Origin: Eledone cirrhosa
Taxonomy: Eukaryota
DNA: 64,000 bases
Direction: 5' to 3'
Assembly: GCA_964016885.1 (NCBI GenBank)
Contig: OZ024742.1
Coordinates: 171,306,001 to 171,370,000 of the forward strand
In this document: piece by piece, positions 53,832 to 64,000 of the stretch
Layout of the letters: every line of letters starts with the position of its first letter
Position numbering within the stretch: position 1 is the first letter of the stretch
Made by a program: the position numbers and the translations under genes
Notes under the pieces: generated by a model
Databases searched by the model: none
What the model was told of the DNA's origin: nothing
What the model saw: the letters and a program-made list of their open reading frames with translations, nothing else

Positions 53832-54592
53832 CCTCAAATTATTTTCAAAACATTCCAAACTTGCAAAGAAGGCATAAAAATAACAGGAAAAAAATTTATC
53901 ATCAGAAAAATAAATGAAGGGTACACGTGTCATTGGACTGCTCAGCTACTTACACGTTAATTTCATGAACAGGTTGTACCCCTGCTCAAACAAATGGAAG
54001 ATTCATCGGCGAAACTGACATCGATCCCACGAGCCATATACTATTGTATATAGTTATTCTTCAATCTCATATTATGATGCTCATATTAGCAGTGAAGCAA
54101 ATCCATACAGACGTACAAGCAATCTTCAAGATACGTTGATAAGAAATGAGTGTATAGTTTGAGATTGTGCTGCTTTATGAGGATTGGTTTCATCATAAAT
54201 CGTCTACTTTTGAGGGAACTTATCTAACCTATTGATTTTTGTTGTTTTCTTACGGATCTCTTCCGATATAAATTTGTTTTGTGATTTTGTTTTATGCAAA
54301 TCACTTCGGTTGCACCTTCTCCAAGTACAGGGCGAGCAGCGAGATGGCAGGAGACTGTTGCACTTGTATATGAAAAATATTTTTGGAACGGTAGTGTGTT
54401 TTAAATACATTCTGTTCCTCACACATGCGCATGCAAAGACTGATATATATTTCTTGAAGAGGTACTAAACACGGAATATGAATATATATACTGTTATAGT
54501 TATTATTAGTTTTGTCATTCTTACTTTATTTACAACCATATATTTCATATTCGCATTATACACACACACACACTCAAGCACACACACACTCA

Positions 54593-54698
<106 letters not shown>

Positions 54699-54728
54699 CT
54701 CCCACACATTACATATATATATATCATT

Positions 54729-54850
54729 ATTCTGAGTTCAAATCCCGCCGAGGTTGACTTTGCCTTTCATCCTTACGGGGTCGATAAAATAAAGTACCAG
54801 TAATGCACTGGGTATTGCTGGCCTTGTGCCTAAAGTAGAAACAATTATTA
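54729..54850 (+). mobile_element. Family-1 SINE, 5'-truncated
   Basis: Homologous to 1862-1980. Confidence 0.85.
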
Positions 54851-55829
54851 TGAAATGACAGGCGGCTGGACTGGTGTAATTTCTTAAACATTTATTTTAC
54901 TCTGAACATTTCAATGACCGGGTTCAGTATGAATCCGTTGACATCATCAGGTATTCCGAAATGTATCCAACAAAGAATATAATAATAGGCACAATCCAAG
55001 GGGCTGAAAAGCAGAGAGAAATGCCCAAGACGAGAAGGTGGCCCAAAATTAGCAGTTGCTTGTCCGGGCGGCCGCCTTCAAATGAGGAATCTACTTAATC
55101 TTGTTTTGTCGGTCTGGTTTGGGGGCCGAACGTTTATAGTGTATATTACTACTACCCCGTCGGGGACAGATGCTAGTGGTGAGATCAGGTTACATAGAAG
55201 AAGATAGTCAGAAGTGCTAAAACGTACTAAGAAATATATTTAAAAAATATATAAATATATATAGTACAGTAGTTTTTTAATGTAGAGATAGAAATTACGT
55301 TTAAATAGTAGAAATGTAAAATTTATGTTTAGAATAAAAAAATATAATTTAAGATAAGATTAAAGGTTAGAAAAGTAGATTTAGGTTTAACATTGGTGCA
55401 GAAGGAATCATTTATGTAAAAAGTTAAATATATTATTGATAGTCATAATAAAGTTTCAGAGTAGAATATAAAGTTAAGATTAAAAAAGTAAGATTAAGCC
55501 CAAATTTAAGAATACCGTTTGGTGGTCAATAACCAGTGATGTGACGGATTCCCAGCCCACCCGGGGCCTAATGGCGTGTCAACCGTTCCGAGTATTTTCA
55601 TCTACCGAAAGAAAGGTAAATTTATTTTTCCAAGCACTCCAGGAAAGTTGACCGACTCAAGCGTTGGAGGTGCCAGCGGAAAGGCCGTCACCGCCAGCTG
55701 ATCATCGCGTATACCAAACGATTATTAGTTATTCACACTAGTGGGGGATTTAGTTAAAGAACTTGTAAAAGTAGGCATTTATGTAAAACTTAAATATACT
55801 TTTGATATTCATGATAAATCTATAATAAT

Positions 55830-55970
55830 AAACTCCGTACTCGCACCACCAATAACACAAACAAAGACAGGTGAGTTGCATTACGTCGAGTGCTCTCCCT
55901 AATATTACATCAAGGTTGACTATACGGAATGACCAGTTCTATCCAGTGGTGAACCAACAAACCTAAATGA

Positions 55971-55972
<2 letters not shown>
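55830..55972 (+). repeat. Dispersed repeat 3' end running into (TA)n, also at 61412-61550 and 61655-61720
   Basis: AACTCCGT.C.CGCACCACCAA..GAGTTGCAT.ACGTCGAGT..ACTATACGGAATGAC.AGTTCTATCCAGT is shared. Confidence 0.65.
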
Positions 55973-56004
<32 letters not shown>

Positions 56005-56008
<4 letters not shown>

Positions 56009-56106
56009 ATAATAATAAATTTGAAGACTAAAATCCAAAGAGGGCTCGATAAGGATAAATATATATCAAATATATAAGAACCGTAAAGCAAATATTTAAT
56101 CTGTTA

Positions 56107-56187
<81 letters not shown>

Positions 56188-56420
56188 TTATTAAAATAAC
56201 AGATTAAAGTTTAAGTAAAGAATCGCTGCTTTCACCCTTAACGGGATCGTCTGAAACTAAAAAAGTCAATCAGTGAACGCCGAAGTAAATATTTCAAAAA
56301 ACGTTGCAACAGACTGAAGACAGGGAGACGATACTTTGGTTCGTGGGAATGTTCCCTGGCAAAGAACGGAAAGAAACGAGCCCTCTTTGGATTTTAGTCT
56401 TTAAACTTATTATATTACTA
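56005..56420. mobile_element. Two adjacent two-arm inserts of the CAGAAGA-hammerhead PLE family
   Basis: 56005-56113 has a long terminal arm and a tiny internal arm; 56185-56420 has a long internal arm with a CAGACGA core and a short terminal arm. Confidence 0.8.
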
Positions 56421-56431
56421 TATATATATAT

Positions 56432-56477
<46 letters not shown>

Positions 56478-57298
56478 ATGTGTGTGTGTGCGCGTATGTG
56501 TATGTGCGTGCGTGTGTGTGTGTGTATGTATAAATATATTCAAGAACTTTCCGATGGAGTTCTTGCCATTTAACGGTAACAATATGAGCTAGAATAGATG
56601 CCAGCATATCGAGCCAAAACGTTATTTGAGGATGCCACTGTGTTGTAGATACATGTTGTACACACACATACATACATATATAAACACTTTCTAGAACACT
56701 TCCAAAATATACTCCACATTGATTATCCATACATTGGGAATCTGAAGGAGAATTCCATATATATTATGTCAACACTAGAGTAATTTGGCCCAGAGCTGAA
56801 TTATTTGCCTCTAAAATCAATGGATCAAGCAGCAAATCTTTTGTTTACCTGCAGAGAAGTACAATATTCTTATGAAGCCTATCGATACGAAAGCAAATTA
56901 GAAGATCTTGTGTCGTATTGCCGACGTGAGTAAGAAGTTCTTGAGAAATATCTTCAACATACAGCGGAGGCAGCATTATTCTGCGCGTGAGTCGTCTAGT
57001 CACACCATCTGGTAATTATAAATACTTCGCAAAACTACTAATTAGCTAGACTGACACACACACAAACACATACAGACACAAAAAAACGCACACACACACC
57101 CACACACACACATACACACACACACACACACACACAAACACATACACACACAAAAAAACGCCCCCCCCCACACACATATATATATGTAAGTTAGATCGCA
57201 GATATAAAAGACAGCGAGAAGCGAAAACCAACCAAACAGTGAGTGTGTTCTGTTATTAATTCTGGCAATATTACGCAAATATGACCCTCCCCAAGTAT

Positions 57299-57360
<62 letters not shown>

Positions 57361-57364
<4 letters not shown>

Positions 57365-57840
57365 ATAATAATAAAACTGAAGACTAAAATCCAAAGAGGG
57401 CTCGATAAGGAAAATATATATCAAATATATAAGAACCGCAGAGCAAATATTTATTAAAATAACAGATTAAAGTTTAAGCAAAGAATCGCTGCTTTCACCC
57501 TTAACGGGATCTTCTGAAACTAACAAAGTCAATCTGTAAACGCAGAACTGGATATTTCAAAAAACGTTGCAACCGGAGGAAGACAGGAAGACGATACTTT
57601 GGTTCGTGGAAACGTTCGCTGGCAAAGAACGGGAGAAAACGAATAATGCGTCATTAATAGGAGCGGTGAAAAACAATTACGCGCAAAGACAAAACCACGT
57701 TTATGGTATAAAAGAGGTCGTAGACTAATGTTCTCTTAGGTGGTGCATAGAGACGTTTCAGATTGACTTTGTTAGTTTCAGAAGATCCCGTTAAGGGTGA
57801 AAGCACCGATTCTTTGCTTAAACTTTAATCTGTTATTTTA

Positions 57841-57846
<6 letters not shown>
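57361..57846. mobile_element. Two-arm insert of the CAGAAGA family; hammerhead at 57774-57824 (plus) and its inverse at about 57470-57520
   Basis: AGTTT-CAGAAGA-tCCC(gttaa)GGGt-GAA-AGCA..TGCT-T-AAACT. Confidence 0.85.
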
Positions 57847-57903
<57 letters not shown>

Positions 57904-58254
57904 AAAGCATGTATGTGTTTATGAATATACATCGATCGTGCCTCGAGTTGGTCGCCAGAGAAACGATTGTAATATGTCCAATAAATTCCATTCGTCGCAT
58001 CACTGATTCTCTTTTTTTCCGTGATATCATACTCTGCTCTAATAGAGCATCAAGTGATCAAACGACCTACCGCATACGGACGCTTTAAGCATCTACAACC
58101 AATTATATATATATATATATATATATAGTAATAATATTAAATTTGAAGACTAAAATCCAAAGAGGGATCGCGAAATAAATAAATAAATATATATAAATAT
58201 ATATATATATATACGATATTAACAAATGGAAACTATATTTATAAAACCATATTT

Positions 58255-58317
58255 ATTTCATTATACATATTTCAAGGATACCAAGTTAAATTATGGTATG
58301 CCTTCATCAGACAAAAT
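58255..58317 (-). ncRNA. Hammerhead of the 19022 family with a covarying stem II
   Basis: ATTTTGT-CTGATGA-AGGcATACCA(taatttaact)TGGTATCCTt-GAAA-TATGTA-TA-ATGAAAT. Confidence 0.8.
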
Positions 58318-58404
58318 ACAATATATACCAGTTTTATAAATAAACATTGACGTACCCTTTCAAAATGCGACCGTTACTTTTGGAAGACATCAATATATAT
58401 ATAT

Positions 58405-59593
58405 ACGTGGGAAAGTAAAAATCGGAGAATAGACCGTTAAAACATGTTTATTTAAAACATCACCTACGTACGTTTCGCCCAGTTGGGCTTCTCAAGGGCA
58501 TAAATAATCACAAGTGTTCCATATATAGTTCGGAAAGAGTTTTGGGGGTTAAATCTACATCAAGATTCATTGCTCGCAAAAATATCTTGTTTTGATTTTG
58601 CAGCAGGCCAAGGGAGGTAACTCTGGCCGGTGTTAGGGCAGTCTTTCCCGGATAATTGTTTTTTTCTTTTTTTTTTTCCGCATCCGTTTGTCTGAGGCTG
58701 GGTCTGGTATGCAAGGATTGTTTTCTGGGTGTTATTTTGCAGCGCCTGCCCGCCGGGGTGTTAGGACTTGTTGCAGGGAGATCCAGTGTACTATTTCACT
58801 CTTCATCCTTAACCCATCTAAAGAAGGAAATTTTTAAGCGATGTGTACAACTTATCGCTGTTTCATCTCTGCTGTTGATGAGCTCGTGGGGTGCAGTTAT
58901 GATGTGGTAGAGCTCCATGAGGCAAAGATCGCATTTCCTCTTGACTGCACCCCACGAGGTCATCAATAGCAGAGCTGAAACAGCGATAAGTTGTACACAT
59001 CGCTTAAAAATTTCCTTCTTTAGATGGGTTAAGGATGAAGAGTGAAATAGTACACTGGATCTCCCTGCAACAAGTCCTAACACCCCGGCGGGCAGGCGCT
59101 GCAAAATAACACCCAGAAAACAATCCTTGCATACCAGACCCAGCCTCAGACAAACGGATGCGGAAAAAAAAAAAAGAAAAAAACAATTATCCGGGAAAGA
59201 CTGCCCTAACACCGGCCAGAGTTACCTCCCTTGGCCTGCTGCAAAATCAAAACAAGATATTTTTGCGAGCAATGAATCTTGATGTAGATTTAACCCCCAA
59301 AACTCTTTCCGAACTATATATGGAACACTTGTGATTATTTATGCCCTTGAGAAGCCCAACTGGGCGAAACGTACGGGGGTGATGTTTTAAATAAACATGT
59401 TTTAACGGTCTATTCTCCGATTTTTACTTTCCCACGTTCTTACGCTTTGCTAACTCTCTAGCCCACTAAATATTAACACTTCGAATATTTAATACTGCCG
59501 GCACTAGTATCGAGCACCTTTGGCATACGCTACTTGGCAAATAACTATATGTATCACCTATCCCCCCTTTTTTTCTCTTTCTCGATACGTAAA

Positions 59594-59597
<4 letters not shown>
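58405..59597. mobile_element. Naiad-type PLE 3' end present as about 493-bp inverted arms, with U3-A8 hammerheads
   Basis: 58405-58897 is inverted at 58944-59437; KCDLCLMELYHII...LINSRDE....CTH is a GIY-YIG C-terminus; GCCC-TTGAGAA-GCCC(aact)GGGC-GAAAC-GTAC-GTA. Confidence 0.85.
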
Positions 59598-59658
<61 letters not shown>

Positions 59659-59689
59659 TGTATAGATTTATATATACATGTATATAACC

Positions 59690-59850
59690 GGTGGTCGGAC
59701 GAAGAAGCGTGGGAAGACAGGCTTTATCACTCATTGATACCCTGCTGAGAGATGCCAACATTGATAACATCGATGAACTGAGAAATGTCATGCTCGCCCG
59801 AGACGATTGGAGAGAGTGTGATGAATATTTGCGAGTGTAAACTCGGCCGA
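59690..59850 (+). mobile_element. RTE-like LINE 3' end fragment
   Basis: [36 protein letters not shown] resembles RTE ORF C-termini. Confidence 0.6.
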
Positions 59851-59884
59851 AGAAAAAGTATATATTCACATTCATATGTATGTT

Positions 59885-59974
<90 letters not shown>

Positions 59975-60391
59975 TATGTATACGTACATACATATATGTA
60001 TACTGACGTACAGTAGTATGTATATACATACATGCACACATGTAAGCATGTATATATGTATATATATACATGTACGTATACATTCTTATATTTAAGTATC
60101 AGCCGTATTAAGAGTGAGAAATGAAATTTCATGTTTTCCTTATATATATACATATATGTATATATATATATATATAGTTAAAAATGTACATCCATATATG
60201 TATACTGAAATACTTGTATGCATATGAATACACACACGTATACATATGTAGATGTACCAAGTCTTTCACTGGTTACTTTACTGTGAGTATCCAGCTATTC
60301 TGTATGTAAACACACAGACAAACCGGTTTTTAGAGTCATACTGGTTTTTGAGGAAACACCTTTCCTCTATTCTCCAGAAAGCCAGACAAGG

Positions 60392-60436
60392 AATATTGAA
60401 CTAGTTTCGTTGTTGTTACAACTCATCAGCAATATT
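60392..60436 (-). ncRNA. Minimal type I hammerhead ribozyme (inverted copy)
   Basis: Exact reverse complement of 60864-60908. Confidence 0.9.
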
Positions 60437-60863
60437 TACCTATCTACCGGCCTTTCTGGAGAATCGTAAAAGCACATATCGTTATATGCTTTTTCTATGA
60501 AAATTAGTAGTGGGCAGACTAATTTGCATAGAGTGTGAGTACGTACCGGTTCAACGGAGACGATAAAAACAAATAACGAAACGAAATTAAATTTCGTTTC
60601 ATTTGTAAATATGCATACTAGTATGTCAGTATACATATATGGATGTACATTTTTAACTTAATTGTTTAAGCGTCAGTCATACAAAAGTGAGTTACAAACG
60701 AAACGAAATTTAATTTCGTTTCGTTATTTGTTTTTATCGTCTCCGTTGAACCGGTACGTACTCACACTCTATGCAAATTAGTCTGCCCACTACTAATTTT
60801 CATAGAAAAAGCATATAACGATATGTGCTTTTACGATTCTCCAGAAAGGCCGGTAGATAGGTA

Positions 60864-60908
60864 AATATTGCTGATGAGTTGTAACAACAACGAAACTAGT
60901 TCAATATT
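60864..60908 (+). ncRNA. Canonical minimal type I hammerhead ribozyme
   Basis: AATATTG-CTGATGA-GTTGT(aaca)ACAAC-GAAA-CTAG-TT-CAATATT; palindromic stem III AACTAGTT; predicted cut after 60901. Confidence 0.92.
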
Positions 60909-63087
60909 CCTTGTCTGGCTTTCTGAAGAATAGAGGAAAGGTGTTTCCTCAAAAACCAGTATGACTCTAAAAACCGGTTTGTCTGTGTGTTTACATACAG
61001 AATAGCTGGATACTCACAGTAAAGTAACCAGTGAAAGACTTGGTACATCTACATATGTATACGTGTGTGTATTCATATGCATACTAGTATTTCAGTATAC
61101 ATATATGGATGTACATTTTTAACTTAATTGTTTAAGCGTCAGTCATACAAAAGTGAGTTACAAACGAAACGAAATTTAATTTCGTTTCGTTATTTGTTTT
61201 TATATATATATATAAATATATATGTGTATATATATATATATATATGTGTATATATATATATATGTGTGTATATATATATAGCCTGGAGTTGCGACCAATA
61301 GATAGTATTAGCAATTGGAAAAACCAACGGAAACATGGTTTCCTCAGTCCGAGTTATATTTCTGCAGAAATTTCACCAGTCTGCCCTCCTGTCATTTTAG
61401 TCAATAATAATTAACTCCGTTCCCGCACCACCAACATGATCCAACATCAAAGATTGATGAGTTGCATAACGTCGAGTTCTTTTACTACTAATACGGAACT
61501 ATACGGAATGACTAGTTCTATCCAGTTGTAAACCACCAAATTGAAATGCATATATATATATTAATTTAAAAGACAACATAATGTAGAGGCTTTAAAACAA
61601 ATATTAACTACATCTTTGCATCATCCACGTGATGCCACATTTATGATATTTGATTTGCATAATGTCGAGTGCTTTAACTCATTACATTATTGTTAGCTAA
61701 CCGGAATGATAACATCTACCCATTAATAAGCCATGCAACATACATGGTATAAACACACACACACGCATTCACATGTACAGATTCATATATACATTTATAT
61801 ATGTATATATTTCACGTATACACACGTACACACACAAACACACATATATATATATAATTGCACTCTGTGTCTCTATGTTCTCTGCGTGTGTGTGTATGTT
61901 GGTGTGTGTGAGTGTTTGTGTGTAATGCTGGTAGCTACTTTCAAATATAACATTCTCCAAAAGAAAAACAAAGTAAATAATATACTGCAATTTAAAATCC
62001 AATCAATAAATAGGAGTTCGATGATGTACTCGAGAATCAAATATATGGTGCCATTCTAATGGAATGGTCTCAGCCCGCAGAGGCTTACGATTTCTCTTGG
62101 GCAGAACATTGATTTTTACTTTAAAAAAAAATGGAGTGGACCTCCGTCGCTTTCGACGATGTTTGTTCCAGTTTTCGATGAACAAAATTAACATGTCAAT
62201 AACTGACCCACCCGCCAAACATATATTAGAAATGTATTTGTATGAATAAATCAATATGAATCCGGACGTGGTCATTTCACCCGATGACTAAGCCTTGTGT
62301 GGTAAAATGGCTGATGTAGGAGGTATCGCTGGCTGTTCTTCCCTGGCAACGATTTTACCATCTTATCCGCAAGGTGCAACTGAAATATATGCACCTCAGC
62401 CAGGAGTGTAGAGTTTGTCTCGGCCTTTCCTTATTTCTTGTCTTCTTTCATAATAATTTTAAAAATATATGTTGAAAATTTGAATATGTTTTATTAGATT
62501 TCTCTAGCTGAAATGGATAAACAAAAATTAACTTTTCTAATAAACGTTTCAATTCACTGTAAGTTTGACCCTATTCATCTTTTAAATAAATAAAATATCA
62601 TTTTTATAGTAGAAATCATTTTTACAGTATATATCGGTATGAACCATTCTTTGAATTTTCCCCAATGTTCGTATTTTCTCATATAGATTATAATTTTACA
62701 CATTTTCAGTTTTCTGAATTAGATATAACGTTTCTTCATTAGAGTGAAAATAATTCTTGCTTAAGAATTGTTTTGCATGAATTCAGGTACCATGCTGTGC
62801 AACTCCTGGAATTTCTCACTGATTCCCACTCACCTTATTTCTATTCCATTCATGCTTTTATACACATTTGTTTTGTTTTGTTTTCTGTTATTTTTATGGT
62901 GTTAATTTTAGATTATTGAGTTATAAGTAAAACCACAATGAAGTTCCGTTCTGAGACAAAACATGAAACTTTCATTGTCCTCATTCACACCTTCCGATAA
63001 TGATAGCATAGGCTTCCTGTTTTGTTTCGTATAAAGGGTTGTATGTTGTCTACACACAACTACACACTCACACCCACGAGCGCATAA

Positions 63088-63126
<39 letters not shown>

Positions 63127-63138
63127 ATATGTATCTAT

Positions 63139-64000
63139 AGGGGAAGCCCAAACGTGTGTAATCCCGACCAGGTCCATACACGACAACCTCCACATCATGC
63201 GATACATCATAGATAGGGTAGGGTGTAAACCTGGCTTTGGTGGGGCTCTGATCAATTTAGATCAGTCTAAGGCATTGATAGGATCTACCATCAATACTTG
63301 GAAGCAGTTCTCAAGGCGGCCGGCTTCGGTCCCGTCTTCAGAGGCTGGATCGCTGCCATGCACACCAGCATCTGCTCGGCAGTCAAGGTGAATGGCTACC
63401 TATCAGAGCCATTCCAAATCATGCGTTCCATCCGTCAGGGAAGCCCTCTCTCCTCCATTCTGTATGTACTGACTCTCGAGCCGTTACTGCGGAAATTGGA
63501 GCTTTTGCAGGGAATCCCGATCGAACCAGGACTGCGGAAAGCAGCGTCAGCCGATGCCGACGACATAACCGTAATGGTGTCGAAAACCTCGGAAATCAGG
63601 GTAATCGGCAACCTATTACAGGAATACGAAACATTGACAGGAGCAAGACTAAACCCAAACAAGTCTGTCGGTTTGCAACTCGGCGGCACATGGAGAGACA
63701 AACCCATGCCTTCCAACAGTGTTGTTGGACGCTGGACGGAAGGACCGGTGAAATTGCTCGAGGTCTGGTTCGGTCTAGACCTCCAGGTGGACAAGAACGG
63801 CGAAGGTGTTTGCACTCACCCAGAAGTGGGCTGAGTGCAAACCCTCCTTGAAAGGTCGAGCGGAGGTGGCGAACACTTAATTAGCGTCCGTCATCTACTA
63901 CCGCTTGACAGTCGTGCCTTGCCCCTGCGAATACCTACCCTGCGAATGCCTACTCTTCAAGTTCCTCTGCAAGAAACAGGCTCCATTGGTGAGGAGATCC
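63139..64000 (+). mobile_element. Decayed 5'-truncated Tx1-clade LINE starting just after (TATC)n
   Basis: GEAQTCVIPTRSIHDNLHIMRYII..DQSKA..RQGSPLS with frameshifts; homologous to 39487-40365; (TATC)n at 63088-63125. Confidence 0.9.

Larger units (their letters stand above)
60177..61202. mobile_element. Retrozyme-like non-coding element: 466-nt unit present 1.27 times on plus and about 0.93 times inverted
   Basis: 60610-60737 is repeated at 61076-61202; 60177-60607 is the reverse complement of about 60693-61124; flanked by (TA)n. Confidence 0.85.

Noticed and set aside
54898-54953. Minus-strand CTGATGA...GAAA motif followed by AATAAA
   Set aside because: U16.1 is absent and stem II is weak; a possible decayed hammerhead, not called.
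62003-62275. 90-aa minus-strand ORF with a basic RRKRRR patch
   Set aside because: No recognisable family and no supporting exon structure.

Overview
This is a eukaryotic, AT-rich, microsatellite-saturated intergenic or intronic window with no recognisable host exon. The SINE complement suggests an octopus (cephalopod) genome, which is an inference. Four classes of retroelement dominate. (1) A head-to-tail stack of L1/Tx1-clade LINEs at 31.2-42.9 kb, plus a copy at 63.1 kb, almost always joined to (TATC)n; one copy has an intact APE-RT-zinc-finger ORF2. (2) Many Penelope-like element (PLE) pieces and short non-coding relatives embedded in (TA)n tracts. I read more than 20 type I hammerhead ribozyme motifs by eye, including U3-A8 and U4A core variants. 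Most of these inserts have a 'tails-out' inverted two-arm architecture. (3) Two non-coding, hammerhead-containing units (466 nt at 60.2-61.2 kb and about 525 nt at 28.9-29.6 kb) present as more-than-one-unit permuted tandems plus an inverted arm; these are candidate retrozymes or circular ribozyme RNAs. (4) RTE-clade fragments, a bipartite RTE-derived non-autonomous element with (TATG)n tails, tRNA-derived SINEs, and a small non-autonomous Helitron that carries a piece of a PLE. All RNA structures were paired by hand, and coordinates may be off by a few bases.
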